64,000 nt of DNA from an uncultured Chloroflexia bacterium (GTDB lineage Bacteria; Chloroflexota; Chloroflexia; Thermomicrobiales; UBA6265), in the NCBI GenBank assembly GCA_963724295.1, contig CAVRUC010000007.1, positions 1 to 64,000 of the forward strand, given 5' to 3'. This document shows positions 37,251-47,213 of this stretch, piece by piece. The notes below the pieces were generated by a model. That model was not told where the DNA came from. It searched no databases and worked only from the letters and a program-made list of their open reading frames with translations. A program made the translations under genes and the position numbers. Within the stretch, counting starts at the first letter, position 1, and each line of letters begins with the position of its first letter.

Positions 37251-37991
37251 GTGCTTCAATCTCGCCTGGACAGCCTCAGGCGAGATTCGACTTCCGGGGG
37301 CATCATCGACGCCTTCAGACACGCTGCTGAATTCGCGATTGATTTCGTCTATCCAAAGCGCTGTGCCGGTTGCGATCGGCGCGGAACCTGGTTGTGTGAT
37401 GACTGTGCTACTGCGTTGCCACTCTTCACCATACCGTGGTGCGACCGATGTGGTGTGCCGGGGACGTATCTGCATTGTAGGTGCCAGTCAACACCCGCCA
37501 ATCTGAAACAAGTCCGGTCGGTCGGACCATTCGATGGCTGGCTGCGCGGTGCCGTCGTTAAGTTCAAATACCATGGGGAGTGGGGGAGAACGCCGCAACT
37601 CGGTGCGCTGCTGGCAAGCACGATCGCCCAACTGCACGACGTTGACGCGCTCATACCAGTGCCACTTCACTCGACTCGACTTCGTCAACGTGGTTTTAAC
37701 CAATCGCTCCTGCTGGCACAGTACGCAGGAGAGGTGCTGACGGTGGAGGTCAAGGAGGCACTCGTTCGCACCCGCCGGACCGAGGCTCAGGTTAGCCTGG
37801 GGGCGCAAGAAAGGAAGGCGAACGTCGCTGGAGCCTTCGCCGTGCAGCCGAACATCGCGGTGGCCGGTCTCTCCATAGCGCTGATCGATGATGTTGTCAC
37901 GACTGGGTCGACACTCTCCGCTTGCGCCGAAGTGCTCAATGCCGCGGGAGCAGCCTCCATCAAGGCGGTGAGCCTGGCCCGCGACATGTAA
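37251..37991 (+). CDS. comF: ComF-family protein (zinc ribbons + PRT domain)
   Basis: YPKRCAGC..LC..C, PVPLH, RGFNQS, LIDDVVTTGSTL. Start uncertain. Confidence 0.88.
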   Translation: MLQSRLDSLRRDSTSGGIIDAFRHAAEFAIDFVYPKRCAGCDRRGTWLCDDCATALPLFTIPWCDRCGVPGTYLHCRCQSTPANLKQVRSVGPFDGWLRGAVVKFKYHGEWGRTPQLGALLASTIAQLHDVDALIPVPLHSTRLRQRGFNQSLLLAQYAGEVLTVEVKEALVRTRRTEAQVSLGAQERKANVAGAFAVQPNIAVAGLSIALIDDVVTTGSTLSACAEVLNAAGAASIKAVSLARDM

Positions 37992-38004
37992 CTCACCGCG
38001 CTCG

Positions 38005-39168
38005 TCACGGACGCATGGTGGAAATAACTTCCCGTGCCGCGGCACGCGCCCAGCGGTCGGCGTCCCAAATCGACTCGAGCGACACCTTCGCCGGCTGATG
38101 CTTCTCCACTACGGTCTCTACTGCCGCAGAAATGTCGGGGAAACGCAGCTCTCCGGCGAGAAACGCCGCAACTGCCTCGTCGTCGGCCGCGCTCAGAACC
38201 GTTGGATACGTGCGCCCGGCAATGCCCACTTCCCGCCCCAGTCGCAACGCGGGAAATCGCTCAATGTCCGGCCGCTCAAAGTGGAGCACTCCGATGTCAG
38301 CCAGATCGAGCCGGTCAGCGGAGAGATTCATCCGCTCTGGATACGTCAAGGCATACTGAATTGGCATCCTCATGTCAGGGATGCCCAACTGGGCCACCTG
38401 TGCGCCGTCAACGAATTCAACAAGTGAGTGAACAACACTTTCCGGGTGAACGAGCACGTCAATCTGCTCATAGGGCAGGCCGAAGAGCCAGTGGGCTTCA
38501 ATGATCTCCAGACCCTTGTTCATCAACGTTGCGGAATCGACGGTGATCTTGCCGCCCATGGACCAGGTCGGATGTGAGAGGGCCTGAGCCGCTGTCACTC
38601 GAGCGAGCTCTGATGCCGGTGTTGCTCGAAATGGCCCGCCTGAGGCCGTCAGAATGATCCGGCTCACTTGTTCGATCGGGGTGCCGTCGAGCGCTTGCCA
38701 AATCGCCGAGTGCTCGCTGTCTACTGGGCGAATGGGGGCATGACTTGAAGCCGCCAGAGGAGCGATGATCTCCCCGGCACAAACGAGCGTCTCCTTGTTT
38801 GCTAGCGCGACGGTCTTGCCTAGCTCGAGAGCTCGAATTGTGGGGACGATTGCCACGTGTCCGGAGCTGGCGACCACCGCGATCTCGACAGAGTGGTGGG
38901 TCGATGCCGCGATGAGACCCTCATCTCCAAGTGCTACCGGCCCAGTGTTCTTGCCGAGAGCGGGAGTCCATTCAAATACCGCGGCAACCTCAGGCCTGTA
39001 ACGAGTGACTTGATCGAGAAATCGTTCAGATGCGGTGCGAGCAGCCAGGGCAACGACTCGGAATCGGTCTGACTGCTCGTCGATGACATTGAGCGCTTGG
39101 CGGCCAACCGAACCGGTGGAGCCAATTACAGCGACTCCGATGCGACTGTCGTCCCCGGTGGAAGTCAC
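38005..39168 (-). CDS. dxr: 1-deoxy-D-xylulose-5-phosphate reductoisomerase
   Basis: GSTGSVG, LANKETLV, PVDSEHSA, TASGGPF, HPTWSMGGKITVDSATLMNKGLE. Confidence 0.96.
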   Translation of the reverse strand: MTSTGDDSRIGVAVIGSTGSVGRQALNVIDEQSDRFRVVALAARTASERFLDQVTRYRPEVAAVFEWTPALGKNTGPVALGDEGLIAASTHHSVEIAVVASSGHVAIVPTIRALELGKTVALANKETLVCAGEIIAPLAASSHAPIRPVDSEHSAIWQALDGTPIEQVSRIILTASGGPFRATPASELARVTAAQALSHPTWSMGGKITVDSATLMNKGLEIIEAHWLFGLPYEQIDVLVHPESVVHSLVEFVDGAQVAQLGIPDMRMPIQYALTYPERMNLSADRLDLADIGVLHFERPDIERFPALRLGREVGIAGRTYPTVLSAADDEAVAAFLAGELRFPDISAAVETVVEKHQPAKVSLESIWDADRWARAAAREVISTMRP

Positions 39169-40085
39169 TAGCTTCCGAATCGCCCGAATCCAACCGACAT
39201 CAGGAAGCCAACTGGAAACGCAAAGAGCAGTGCATCGATGCGATCGAGAACGCCTCCATGGCCCGGCACTATCGAGCCACTATCTTTCACCCCCGCTTGC
39301 CGCTTCAGGAGCGATTCGGCTAGATCGCCAATCTGGCCAGCAAGTCCGATAACCGCGCCGACGATCAGACCTAGCCACCAGTTTCCGAGACCGAAACTCT
39401 GAAATGAACCAGCTCCCACAGCCATCGACGCCAAAATGCCGGCGACAGCGCCCTCCCTGGATTTGTTTGGACTGATCAGCGGAGCCAGCTTTTGATTGCC
39501 GAGAGCCCGCCCGGCTAACAAGGCGACGGAATCACCGATCCAAATTGCCAGGACCACCACAAGCGCCCAGGCCATACCCCGAGGCGCCGGATCCCAGTCA
39601 ACTGCAAACCGGCGGGCGATCTCTGACAGCCAGGCCGCGTCAATCACACCAGGACTGGCGCGAGTGGCAACTGCCGCGTAGACCGGGAGTCCGAGATACA
39701 GAGAACCGGTCGACACGAATGCCCAATTTGAGAATCCGCCTGGATCAGCGGGTCTTCGGAAAAGCACCACGAGAGGCGCTACAACTGCGAGAAACGCGAT
39801 CGAAAGCAGCGAAGTCGCCGTCGCGTCGAGCAACGCCGTGCATCCGAGTGCGGCTACGACCACGTAGCCGACCCGCGATTCAGATCCGCTTCCAGCGGTG
39901 CTAACCTTGGCTACTAACTCCAGATACTCTCGATAGCCAGCGACGCCCAAGGCAATCATGAACAAGCCGAAGATTGGGCCACCGATCAAGAGAGGAATCA
40001 GACCGACCGCCACAACAAGCAGGGAGCCAATGATCCGCGTTCGCACAAGACTTAACGATTCACAAGGGGGGGCGTGGACTCGCAA
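39168..40085 (-). CDS. cdsA: Phosphatidate cytidylyltransferase
   Basis: Multi-TM; ISPNKSREG, GDLAESLLKR, KDSGSIVPGHGGVLDRID. Confidence 0.94.
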   Translation of the reverse strand: MRVHAPPCESLSLVRTRIIGSLLVVAVGLIPLLIGGPIFGLFMIALGVAGYREYLELVAKVSTAGSGSESRVGYVVVAALGCTALLDATATSLLSIAFLAVVAPLVVLFRRPADPGGFSNWAFVSTGSLYLGLPVYAAVATRASPGVIDAAWLSEIARRFAVDWDPAPRGMAWALVVVLAIWIGDSVALLAGRALGNQKLAPLISPNKSREGAVAGILASMAVGAGSFQSFGLGNWWLGLIVGAVIGLAGQIGDLAESLLKRQAGVKDSGSIVPGHGGVLDRIDALLFAFPVGFLMSVGFGRFGS

Positions 40086-40832
40086 CTGGGTACACCGCCG
40101 AACCGACGCTCGCGCCTGCCGAACTCGGAGACAGCTTCAAAGAGATCATCTGGGCCGAAATCCGGCCAAAGCGTCGGTGTGAAGAAAAGCTCCGCATACG
40201 CCGATTGCCAGAGCAAAAAATTACTAATGCGGTGCTCTCCCGAAGTGCGAATGATGAGATCGGGATCCGGCAGATCCCGAGTAAACAAGTGGGCTTGCAA
40301 CGTCTCTTCGTCGATGTCCGCCGCTTGGACACCACTCGCAATGAGGCTCTTTAATCGCGGCGAGGAGTTCCTGACGTCCACTGTAGTTGAATGCAAGTGT
40401 CAGAATCAGTCGGTTGTTACTCCGCGTGCGGTCGATCGCAGCACGCACTGCGGTCTGAAGTTGCGGATCGAGCCCCTCAAGGCTACCGATGTGGCGCAAT
40501 TGCGCCCCTTGCCGGTCTAATTCCTGGGTTTCGCGCTCAATAACACCAGCGAGAATGTGGAGAATGCCCTCGATCTCTTCGCGGGGGCGCCGCCAGTTGT
40601 CCGTCGAAAAAGCCCACAGGGTCAAGTACTCGACGCCTAGTTGAGCGGCAGTCGTCGTGATGCGCCGGATGTTGTCCGTTCCATGCTGGTGGCCAGCGAG
40701 TCGCGGTAGTCCGCGTTGCGCCGCCCATCGGCCATTGCCATCCATGATGATTGCGACGTGACGCGGGATATCGGAACGACAAGGCCGAGCTGGACCCGCG
40801 GCAGTCTCACGGTCGTCGCTCGATGGCTGCAT
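40052..40832 (-). CDS. uppS: Undecaprenyl diphosphate synthase; +1 frameshift at 40350-40352
   Basis: HVAIIMDGNGRWA, FSTDNW, NYSGR, then in the next frame PDLIIRTSGEHRISNFLLWQ and RRFGG. Confidence 0.92.
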
Positions 40833-40905
40833 CACCCACCAGCCCGCGAACGTGGAGTACGGGGATACGCTAGAAAGCGAGAGAGCAGCGGGACCAAGGC
40901 GATGC

Positions 40906-41463
40906 TCAAACCTCGAGGACCTCCTGTTCCTTGGCCTTGCCAACCCGCTCCGCATCGCTCACGTACCGTCTGGTCAGTTCATCCACCTGGTGCTCGGCGC
41001 GGCGTTCATCGTCTTCACCAATAAGTTTCTCGCCCAAGAGATCCTTGACGTGCGCCATGGCATCACGCCGAATATTCCGCAACGCCACTTTGCCTTCCTC
41101 AACATGGCCGTGAACGAGCTTGACCAACTGCTTCCGACGCTCCTCAGTGAGCGGAGGAATTGCGATCCGTACGACCTGGCCATCGTTGGTCGGATTCAGG
41201 CCCAGCTCCGATTTTCTGATCGCCTTCTCAATCGCGGCCATCGAGCCCCGGTCCCAAGGCTGGATCACAAGCATTCTTGGCTCGGGAACGGAGATGCCGG
41301 CGAGTTGATTGAGTGGAGTGGAGCTGCCGTAATAGTCAACTGGCAGACGCTCCACTAGCGAGGGGGAAGCGCGACCCGTTCGAATGGTTGCCAGGTCGCG
41401 TCGGAGCGCGTCGATGGCTTTTCCCATCCGGACCTCGGCGTCGTCCATGACGTCTTTGATCAT
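40906..41463 (-). CDS. frr: Ribosome recycling factor
   Basis: IRTGRASP, VDYYGS, IPPLTEERRK, RNIRRD. Confidence 0.97.
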   Translation of the reverse strand: MIKDVMDDAEVRMGKAIDALRRDLATIRTGRASPSLVERLPVDYYGSSTPLNQLAGISVPEPRMLVIQPWDRGSMAAIEKAIRKSELGLNPTNDGQVVRIAIPPLTEERRKQLVKLVHGHVEEGKVALRNIRRDAMAHVKDLLGEKLIGEDDERRAEHQVDELTRRYVSDAERVGKAKEQEVLEV

Positions 41464-41593
41464 GCGATGGTCTCCTCGGAATCGCCCTGAACCAGACGGC
41501 TCGTCGCGGGCGTCCCTCTACCCCGATTGATCGCCTCGTGATTGTACGACGCGGTGCGGCGCCCAGGGCAGCCAGGTGCATTGGAAACGTCGA

Positions 41594-42331
41594 CTAGAAA
41601 AACTCGGACGACCCAGGTGTAATGAGCGTTCCAACGGGCTCACCGAGAGCTGCTTCCTCGATGCCCGATTGATGGCTGATGTCGAAGACCACAATCGGCA
41701 GACCGTTGTCGCGAAGCAGAGCGAGCGCCGACATGTCCATGACTTTCAGGTCTCGTTCAACGGCCTCCTGGTGACTAATGCGCTTATAGCGGCGGGCTGA
41801 CGGGTCACTATTGGGATCCGCGGAATAGACGCCATCCACACGGTTCTTGGCCATGAGCAGGACATCGGCATCCAATTCCAGCGATCGAAGTGCGGCGGCA
41901 GTATCTGTGGTGAAAAAGGGGTTGCCCGTGCCCGCGGCGAGAATAACCACTCGGCCTTTTTCCATGTGGCGAATCGCGCGCCGACGAATGTACGGTTCTG
42001 CCACCTCGTGCATTTCGATAGCGGTCATGACCCGCGTCTGGACTTCCTGCTTCTCCAGCGCGTCCTGAAGGGCAAGCGCATTGAGCACGGTTGCCACCAT
42101 CCCCATGTAGTCGGCGGTGGCACGATCCATTCCCTGGCTGCTTGCCGAAATGCCTCGCCAGATATTGCCGCCGCCTATGACGATCGCCGTCTCGACCCCG
42201 TGCTCTTTCACCCGCTTGATTTGCAGGGCAAGGCGGTCGACAACTGCCGGATCAATGCCGAAGGCGGACTCCCCGACCATCGCCTCGCCGCTGAGTTTGA
42301 GGAGGACTCGATGGAACCGCTCGTTCGCCAC
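41594..42331 (-). CDS. pyrH: UMP kinase
   Basis: LKLSGE, GGGNIWRG, GTGNPFFTTD, DGVYSADP. Confidence 0.97.
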   Translation of the reverse strand: MANERFHRVLLKLSGEAMVGESAFGIDPAVVDRLALQIKRVKEHGVETAIVIGGGNIWRGISASSQGMDRATADYMGMVATVLNALALQDALEKQEVQTRVMTAIEMHEVAEPYIRRRAIRHMEKGRVVILAAGTGNPFFTTDTAAALRSLELDADVLLMAKNRVDGVYSADPNSDPSARRYKRISHQEAVERDLKVMDMSALALLRDNGLPIVVFDISHQSGIEEAALGEPVGTLITPGSSEFF

Positions 42332-42396
42332 GACCCCTCCCAGGTCAACCCGGGCCGAGCAGAGGTCGGATGGACACCCTCTGCTGTCGGCGTTGT

Positions 42397-42954
42397 CTAC
42401 TCTTCCGCCGCGCTGTTTCCTGTTCCGACTTCGAACCGGGCAAATCGCCGGACGACAATGTTCTCGCCGAGCTTTCCGATCTTTTCCCGGACGAGATCCC
42501 TGATAGTCTGCTTCGGGTCCTTGATGAAAGGCTGTTCCATGAGGACCACAGCCGCCGCGGCCCGTTCGCGGTCGCCATGCTCCTTTTCGAGATCAGTCCA
42601 CGCTCCGGAGGGGACTTCGTCGATGGAGACATAACTCGGCGACGTCGCCGCGACCTGCATTGCAAGATCGTGCGCGAGTTCCCGAAACTCCGGCGTCCGA
42701 GCTACAAAATCGGTCTCGCAATTGACTTCGATAATCGATCCGATACGCCCGGCTCCGTGAATGTATGGCTCGATCAGCCCCTGAGAAGCCGCTCGGCCCG
42801 TCTTCTTGTCGGCCTTGGCCAAGCCCTGTTGTTTGAGCAGGTCGACGGCCTTGGCGATGTCACCTTCGACCTGTTCCAGCGCTCGCTTGCACTCCATGAT
42901 TCCAGCTCCGCTCTTTTCGCGGAGCTCCTTGACCTGGTTTGCTGTTACCACCAT
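42397..42954 (-). CDS. tsf: Elongation factor Ts (short form)
   Basis: VKELREKSGAGIMECK, EVNCETDFVA, GENIVVRRFARF. Confidence 0.96.
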   Translation of the reverse strand: MVVTANQVKELREKSGAGIMECKRALEQVEGDIAKAVDLLKQQGLAKADKKTGRAASQGLIEPYIHGAGRIGSIIEVNCETDFVARTPEFRELAHDLAMQVAATSPSYVSIDEVPSGAWTDLEKEHGDRERAAAAVVLMEQPFIKDPKQTIRDLVREKIGKLGENIVVRRFARFEVGTGNSAAEE

Positions 42955-43069
42955 CTATTCACTCTCCAACATTTCGCAATGCCGCCCGGTCTTATTGCGC
43001 GGCATACATGTGATGAATACAGCGCTAGCTTTCGAGAACCGCAATGCGCATTCGCGCGTCGTCCCCAAG

Positions 43070-43927
43070 CTACGCTTGCGCCTCCTGATCGGCTCCTGCG
43101 GCGACGTCCGCAGCCACTAGTTCCCTGCCATCTTCGTCGCCCGCAAAGAGTTCGGCGAAGTCTGAATGGCGCGACTCGGCCGGCACCTCGCGGTCCGCCT
43201 GAGCGATTTCGAAGCGCGTCTGTCCTTCAATTGCCGCGTCCGCAATCCCCGCGGTGAGGAGCCTGACAGCTCGGATCGCGTCATCGTTGGCGGGAACGAG
43301 AAAGTCCGCATCGTCTGGATCACAGTTCGTGTCCGTGACGGCAATGACGGGAATGCTCAGGCGACGCGCCTCGTGCACCGCCAGCTGCTCCCGCTTAGGA
43401 TCGATGATGAAGATCCCCGCCGGCAGCTGTGTCATGTCCCGCATGCCGCCTAGCGTTCGCTCGAGTCGTTCGAGCTCGGCCAGCTTGCCTGCGGCTTCCT
43501 GCTTGGGAAGCAGGTCAAATGCGCCCCGGGTCATCTCGGCTTGAAGCTGTTTCATGTAGCGCAATCGGTTGCGGATCGTCACGAAGTTCGTCAGCGTTCC
43601 CCCAAGCCAACGCCGGTTCACATAGTATTGCCCGGAACGCCGGGCTTCTCGTTCGACGACGTCTTGCGCTTGTTTCTTGGTACCCACAAAGAGAATCTTG
43701 CCACCCCGGGACGTCGCGTCGACGACAAAATCGTGCGCTGCGGCGAGGAGTGGAACAGTCTGCTGGAGATCGATGATGTGTATGCCATTGCGCTCGGCAA
43801 AAATGTACGGCTTCATTTTCGGGTTCCAGCGCTTTGCCTGATGCCCGAAATGCACGCCTGCTTCGAGCAGCGCTTTAAGGGTCACCCTGGGCGATTGCCC
43901 GTGGATGCTGGTCGCGGTCGTATCCAT
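43070..43927 (-). CDS. rpsB: 30S ribosomal protein S2
   Basis: [45 protein letters not shown]. Confidence 0.97.
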   Translation of the reverse strand: MDTTATSIHGQSPRVTLKALLEAGVHFGHQAKRWNPKMKPYIFAERNGIHIIDLQQTVPLLAAAHDFVVDATSRGGKILFVGTKKQAQDVVEREARRSGQYYVNRRWLGGTLTNFVTIRNRLRYMKQLQAEMTRGAFDLLPKQEAAGKLAELERLERTLGGMRDMTQLPAGIFIIDPKREQLAVHEARRLSIPVIAVTDTNCDPDDADFLVPANDDAIRAVRLLTAGIADAAIEGQTRFEIAQADREVPAESRHSDFAELFAGDEDGRELVAADVAAGADQEAQA

Positions 43928-44066
43928 GGATCCTCCTGCATGGTGTTGAACTTCCGCGCCCTTCAACCTGATGCGGGACCCACGCAAAGTGAGCACACCC
44001 GCCGCAGTCCAGGCGCGTGACACATTTCAGCGCAGCCACAGGGCCGCGCCACGGGGGAGTATACCA
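43928..44066 (-). promoter_or_regulatory. rpsB promoter (extended -10) and structured leader, probably for S2 autoregulation
   Basis: TGgTATACT at 44066-44058, then a ~125-nt leader with CACGCGCC/GGCGGGTGTG pairing potential and a GGAGG SD. Confidence 0.5.
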
Positions 44067-44107
44067 GTCCAACCTCGATCAACTGAAAATGGACGCCGCG
44101 CCGCGGC

Positions 44108-45049
44108 TCATGCGGGCGCGGGTTGCAGAAACTCCTCTATGACGAAGCCCGACTGACCGGTATCGACCACCGTCACCGGCCACCAGTCGCACTGGCCCGC
44201 CTCTTGGAATTCACCTGTGACTTGCAACCTGGTGCCCTCTGGCAATACCACAACTGGTGCGCTGTCGGTGGAAGGCCCCTCGCGAAGATTGAGCTCGGCG
44301 GTTGTCGCGACGACCGCTCCCACATCATAGACAGGCAGGTTCGCGCACGGGTTAGCTGGATCAGACCCCGCCGCGGCGGGTGTCGGCGTCACCGCCTGTG
44401 ATGTTGCCAAAGCGGGAGCCGCGGTGGCTGTCGGAACAGCAGGGGGCCCAGGTGTCGGAGCAATCACGACCGCAGTCGCCGTCGGCGGCGCCGGCGTTGC
44501 TTCATTGACCGGGGTAATGACGGCGACGGTTTCTTGAGTGGGCGGCGGCTGTTCACCGCCGTCACCGATCAACGCCGACGCCCAGTACCACAAAAGGCCA
44601 ATCAGCAGCAGGAGTCCGACAACGGGCAGGGCGATCCGGAGGTAGTCGGTCCAATAGCGCTCCTCGGGCTGGTAGCTCACCGTGCGCTCCTCACTTGGTC
44701 CAGCCCGGCCCTGTCCGTCAGCCATGATCTCACCTCCAGACCGCCCTGAATCGCGACCAAGGCGCAGGGCGGCTGTCTCGAGCGGGGGAGCTTGGGACGC
44801 GATGGAGCTGTGGTGCGGAATGGCTCCTTGCGCGCTCGCAGGCTCCCAGAGACCCTTTGCCGCGGCGTTCTCGCAATCCAGCGTCCTCGAGTCAACCGGA
44901 TGGCTTTCTTGCGGCCCGTAGAGCCGCGCATTCCGGCACCACCCGTGACGCCAGACGGCGGATGGCTCGTAGAACCGGCAGGTGCCACACGCCCGCAACG
45001 TCACTGGCCGCTCGTCGGTCGAAGCGTGCCGCGCGGGCGCCTGCGCCAC
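44108..45049 (-). CDS. Membrane protein: N-terminal Cys4 domain, TM helix, Pro/Thr linker, C-terminal SH3b domain
   Basis: CGTC...GWC...LDC; IALPVVGLLLLIGLLWYWA; PT/A-rich linker; LNLREGPST...WWPV...GFV. Confidence 0.75.
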   Translation of the reverse strand: MAQAPARHASTDERPVTLRACGTCRFYEPSAVWRHGWCRNARLYGPQESHPVDSRTLDCENAAAKGLWEPASAQGAIPHHSSIASQAPPLETAALRLGRDSGRSGGEIMADGQGRAGPSEERTVSYQPEERYWTDYLRIALPVVGLLLLIGLLWYWASALIGDGGEQPPPTQETVAVITPVNEATPAPPTATAVVIAPTPGPPAVPTATAAPALATSQAVTPTPAAAGSDPANPCANLPVYDVGAVVATTAELNLREGPSTDSAPVVVLPEGTRLQVTGEFQEAGQCDWWPVTVVDTGQSGFVIEEFLQPAPA

Positions 45050-45114
45050 GATTTGAGAGCGGCCAAGACAGGAGGAGATTGTACACCTCGCGGCTGCGCG
45101 CTTGACGACTGGAG

Positions 45115-45693
45115 CTACTCGGCTGAACCCCCAGCATCGGGGTCGTCGACTGGCTGATGACTATCGGCCTCCCCTTCCGGGGATTGCCAGGGCGCTTCGG
45201 GACTCCCCAGTCGCCGGACAAAGGTGGTGCCGTTTCCCGGCTGCCGCTCAGCCGTTCCCGGGTCGTTGCTGACCGAGGCAATGGACGGCCGGGGTCGGAT
45301 CGGCCGGAGCGAGGAAAGCTCGATGCCAGCCATCTCGAGCTGGCCTTCATAGATTGCCCCTTCCTGGATGATCAGCGACCCGGTCGAAACGCTTGCGTGC
45401 ACTCTCCCGCTAGGGAGGATCTGAAGGCGGCCCCGACACCGAATCTCACCGGTTAGCTCACCTGCGACGGTGACGTGCTCAGCTTCGACGGTAGCAGCGA
45501 TCGTCGCCCCTTCGGAGACAAACAAGGTGCCTTCGCAGATCACGTTTCCCTTCAGTTCGCCTTCGACCCGCAGATCGCGCTGAGATCGAAAGTTTCCGTC
45601 AAAAGCCGAATGGCGGTCGATGAGACTTGCCGTGTCGAACGACGCCACTGATCCGTCTTTCCAGTCAAGATCTGCCGTGGATAGGTCTCGCAT
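45115..45693 (-). CDS. Bactofilin (polymer-forming cytoskeletal protein)
   Basis: SLIDRHSAFDGNF...LRVEGELKGNV...VTVAGELTGEI...LIIQEGAIYEG beta-helix pattern. Confidence 0.9.
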   Translation of the reverse strand: MRDLSTADLDWKDGSVASFDTASLIDRHSAFDGNFRSQRDLRVEGELKGNVICEGTLFVSEGATIAATVEAEHVTVAGELTGEIRCRGRLQILPSGRVHASVSTGSLIIQEGAIYEGQLEMAGIELSSLRPIRPRPSIASVSNDPGTAERQPGNGTTFVRRLGSPEAPWQSPEGEADSHQPVDDPDAGGSAE

Positions 45694-45781
45694 CCCGCAT
45701 CTCCATGCACACGTGCAGTTGCCGCGATTCCAGCCGGACGTGGTATCCCAGAGCTGAGGCGGGGAAAAGCTCGGTCGATCA

Positions 45782-46417
45782 CTAGTCCCCGCCGCGGGCC
45801 ACTCGTACGGGCGCAGCCAAAGAGGCTCGGCTTTCACTGGCTGGGGTCATGGAGATCTCGCCGGCGACGATTGCGCCGTCGTGAATTGCGATCGCTGGTG
45901 CATGGATATCACCGGAGACCTTTCCGCGCGGAAGGATTTCGAATCGCTCCGCGCAATGGACGGAGCCCCGTACACTACCGGCGATAGTGACATTTGCGGC
46001 ACGAATGACAGCTTCGACGTCCGCCTCTTCGGCCACGAAAATCGTGTCCCGCGCGGTCAATGAGCCCTCGACCCGCCCGTGGATGTGCAGAGAGCCGGTT
46101 GACTCGAGATCGCCACTCCACGACGTCGAATGAGCGATGACGCTGGTGTGCGTGTCGGCTGCCGGAATTGGCGGCGGCGCCGGGTCTGACAGCCTCGACT
46201 CCAAGGAGTCGGTGAATTCGCGAGAGCCGGAAGCACGCTCAAGCTCGGTAGACGAGAAGTCCGGATACTCAGACAGGAACGAACTCGCCCTGGCTAAGGA
46301 GCGTTGTTGATCGCGATCCGGAACCGCCCCGTCGTCACTCTCTCCGCCAAGCTGGTGACGTAGCGCGCTGATCTGGCGCTGAAACGCATCGACCTTGCTG
46401 TCTCTGCGAAAGACCAC
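45782..46417 (-). CDS. Bactofilin (polymer-forming cytoskeletal protein)
   Basis: SVIAHSTSWSGDL...LHIHGRVEGSL...VTIAGSVRGSV...IAIHDGAIVAGEI. GTG start after GGAGGG. Confidence 0.9.
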   Translation of the reverse strand: MVFRRDSKVDAFQRQISALRHQLGGESDDGAVPDRDQQRSLARASSFLSEYPDFSSTELERASGSREFTDSLESRLSDPAPPPIPAADTHTSVIAHSTSWSGDLESTGSLHIHGRVEGSLTARDTIFVAEEADVEAVIRAANVTIAGSVRGSVHCAERFEILPRGKVSGDIHAPAIAIHDGAIVAGEISMTPASESRASLAAPVRVARGGD

Positions 46418-46679
46418 GCTTAACCCTCCAGGACGCCCTGGCCAATGGCGAGGGCACCGGTACGGCCTGAGCCGGACGACGGGGGGAAGGCGGCGACACC
46501 TGCAGGGGTGGGTCACGGGAGAACTGCCGCGCGAGCCTCCATAATGGGCGCTGACCGAGCGAAGAATCACTCAGGTCCGCCACGCCTGGAGGCGTACGTA
46601 CAGCATACCATGTGGTGGCCGACAGACCGCTACTCTACCCAGCTGGCGGCATTGCGGAATATCTTGGCTGATTGATGGG

Positions 46680-46752
46680 TACGCCCGAGAGGACTCGAAC
46701 CTCTGGCCTCTTGCTCCGGAGGCAAGCGCTCTATCCGCTGAGCTACGGGCGC
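46680..46752 (-). tRNA. tRNA-Arg(CCG)
   Basis: GCGCCCG acceptor, CTTGC-CT-CCG-GA-GCAAG anticodon arm, GGTTCGAGTCC. Confidence 0.95.
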
Positions 46753-46914
46753 AGATTTCCTATCGCCAATTGTACCGCAGTTCACGCGTAGACATGCCAG
46801 TGGTGGCTGTAGCTGTTCGAGCGAGCGTTCGAAGTGGAATTCCTCGCCGCAAGGCGGCTACCATTGGCAAGTTATCGTGGCCCCATGCGCTGTCAAGTGG
46901 TCAATGGAGGATTG

Positions 46915-47115
46915 ATGTCGTCTCGTGATCGAGCGGCCGAGCCGGGCCGCGTCCGGCTCAATGAAGAAGACGTGGCCTACGTGATGAATCTCCTTCGCAA
47001 CGCCACGCAGCCGGTGAACACCCAGCAACTCATCGACGTGCTGAGAAAACACCCGGGACAATTCCAGTCTCCCTCTGGGTCCGGCTCGGACTCCGCCGAC
47101 GAGGTGTCAGGCTAA
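46915..47115 (+). CDS. Small hypothetical protein (66 aa), HTH-like
   Basis: GGGAGG SD just before ATG; amphipathic pattern VAYVMNLLRNATQPVNTQQLIDVL. Confidence 0.6.
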   Translation: MSSRDRAAEPGRVRLNEEDVAYVMNLLRNATQPVNTQQLIDVLRKHPGQFQSPSGSGSDSADEVSG

Positions 47116-47213
47116 CAGTGATCATCGCCGGTCAGACCCCGGCCGGTCAATACGAGTTTCGGGTCATCGAAGTCCGTTTTTTGCAGACATGATTTCATTG
47201 GGAAGGGCGCAAA

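Noticed and set aside
42397..42954. Truncated EF-Ts
   Set aside because: Short EF-Ts forms are established in Thermus and cyanobacteria, and the ORF is intact.
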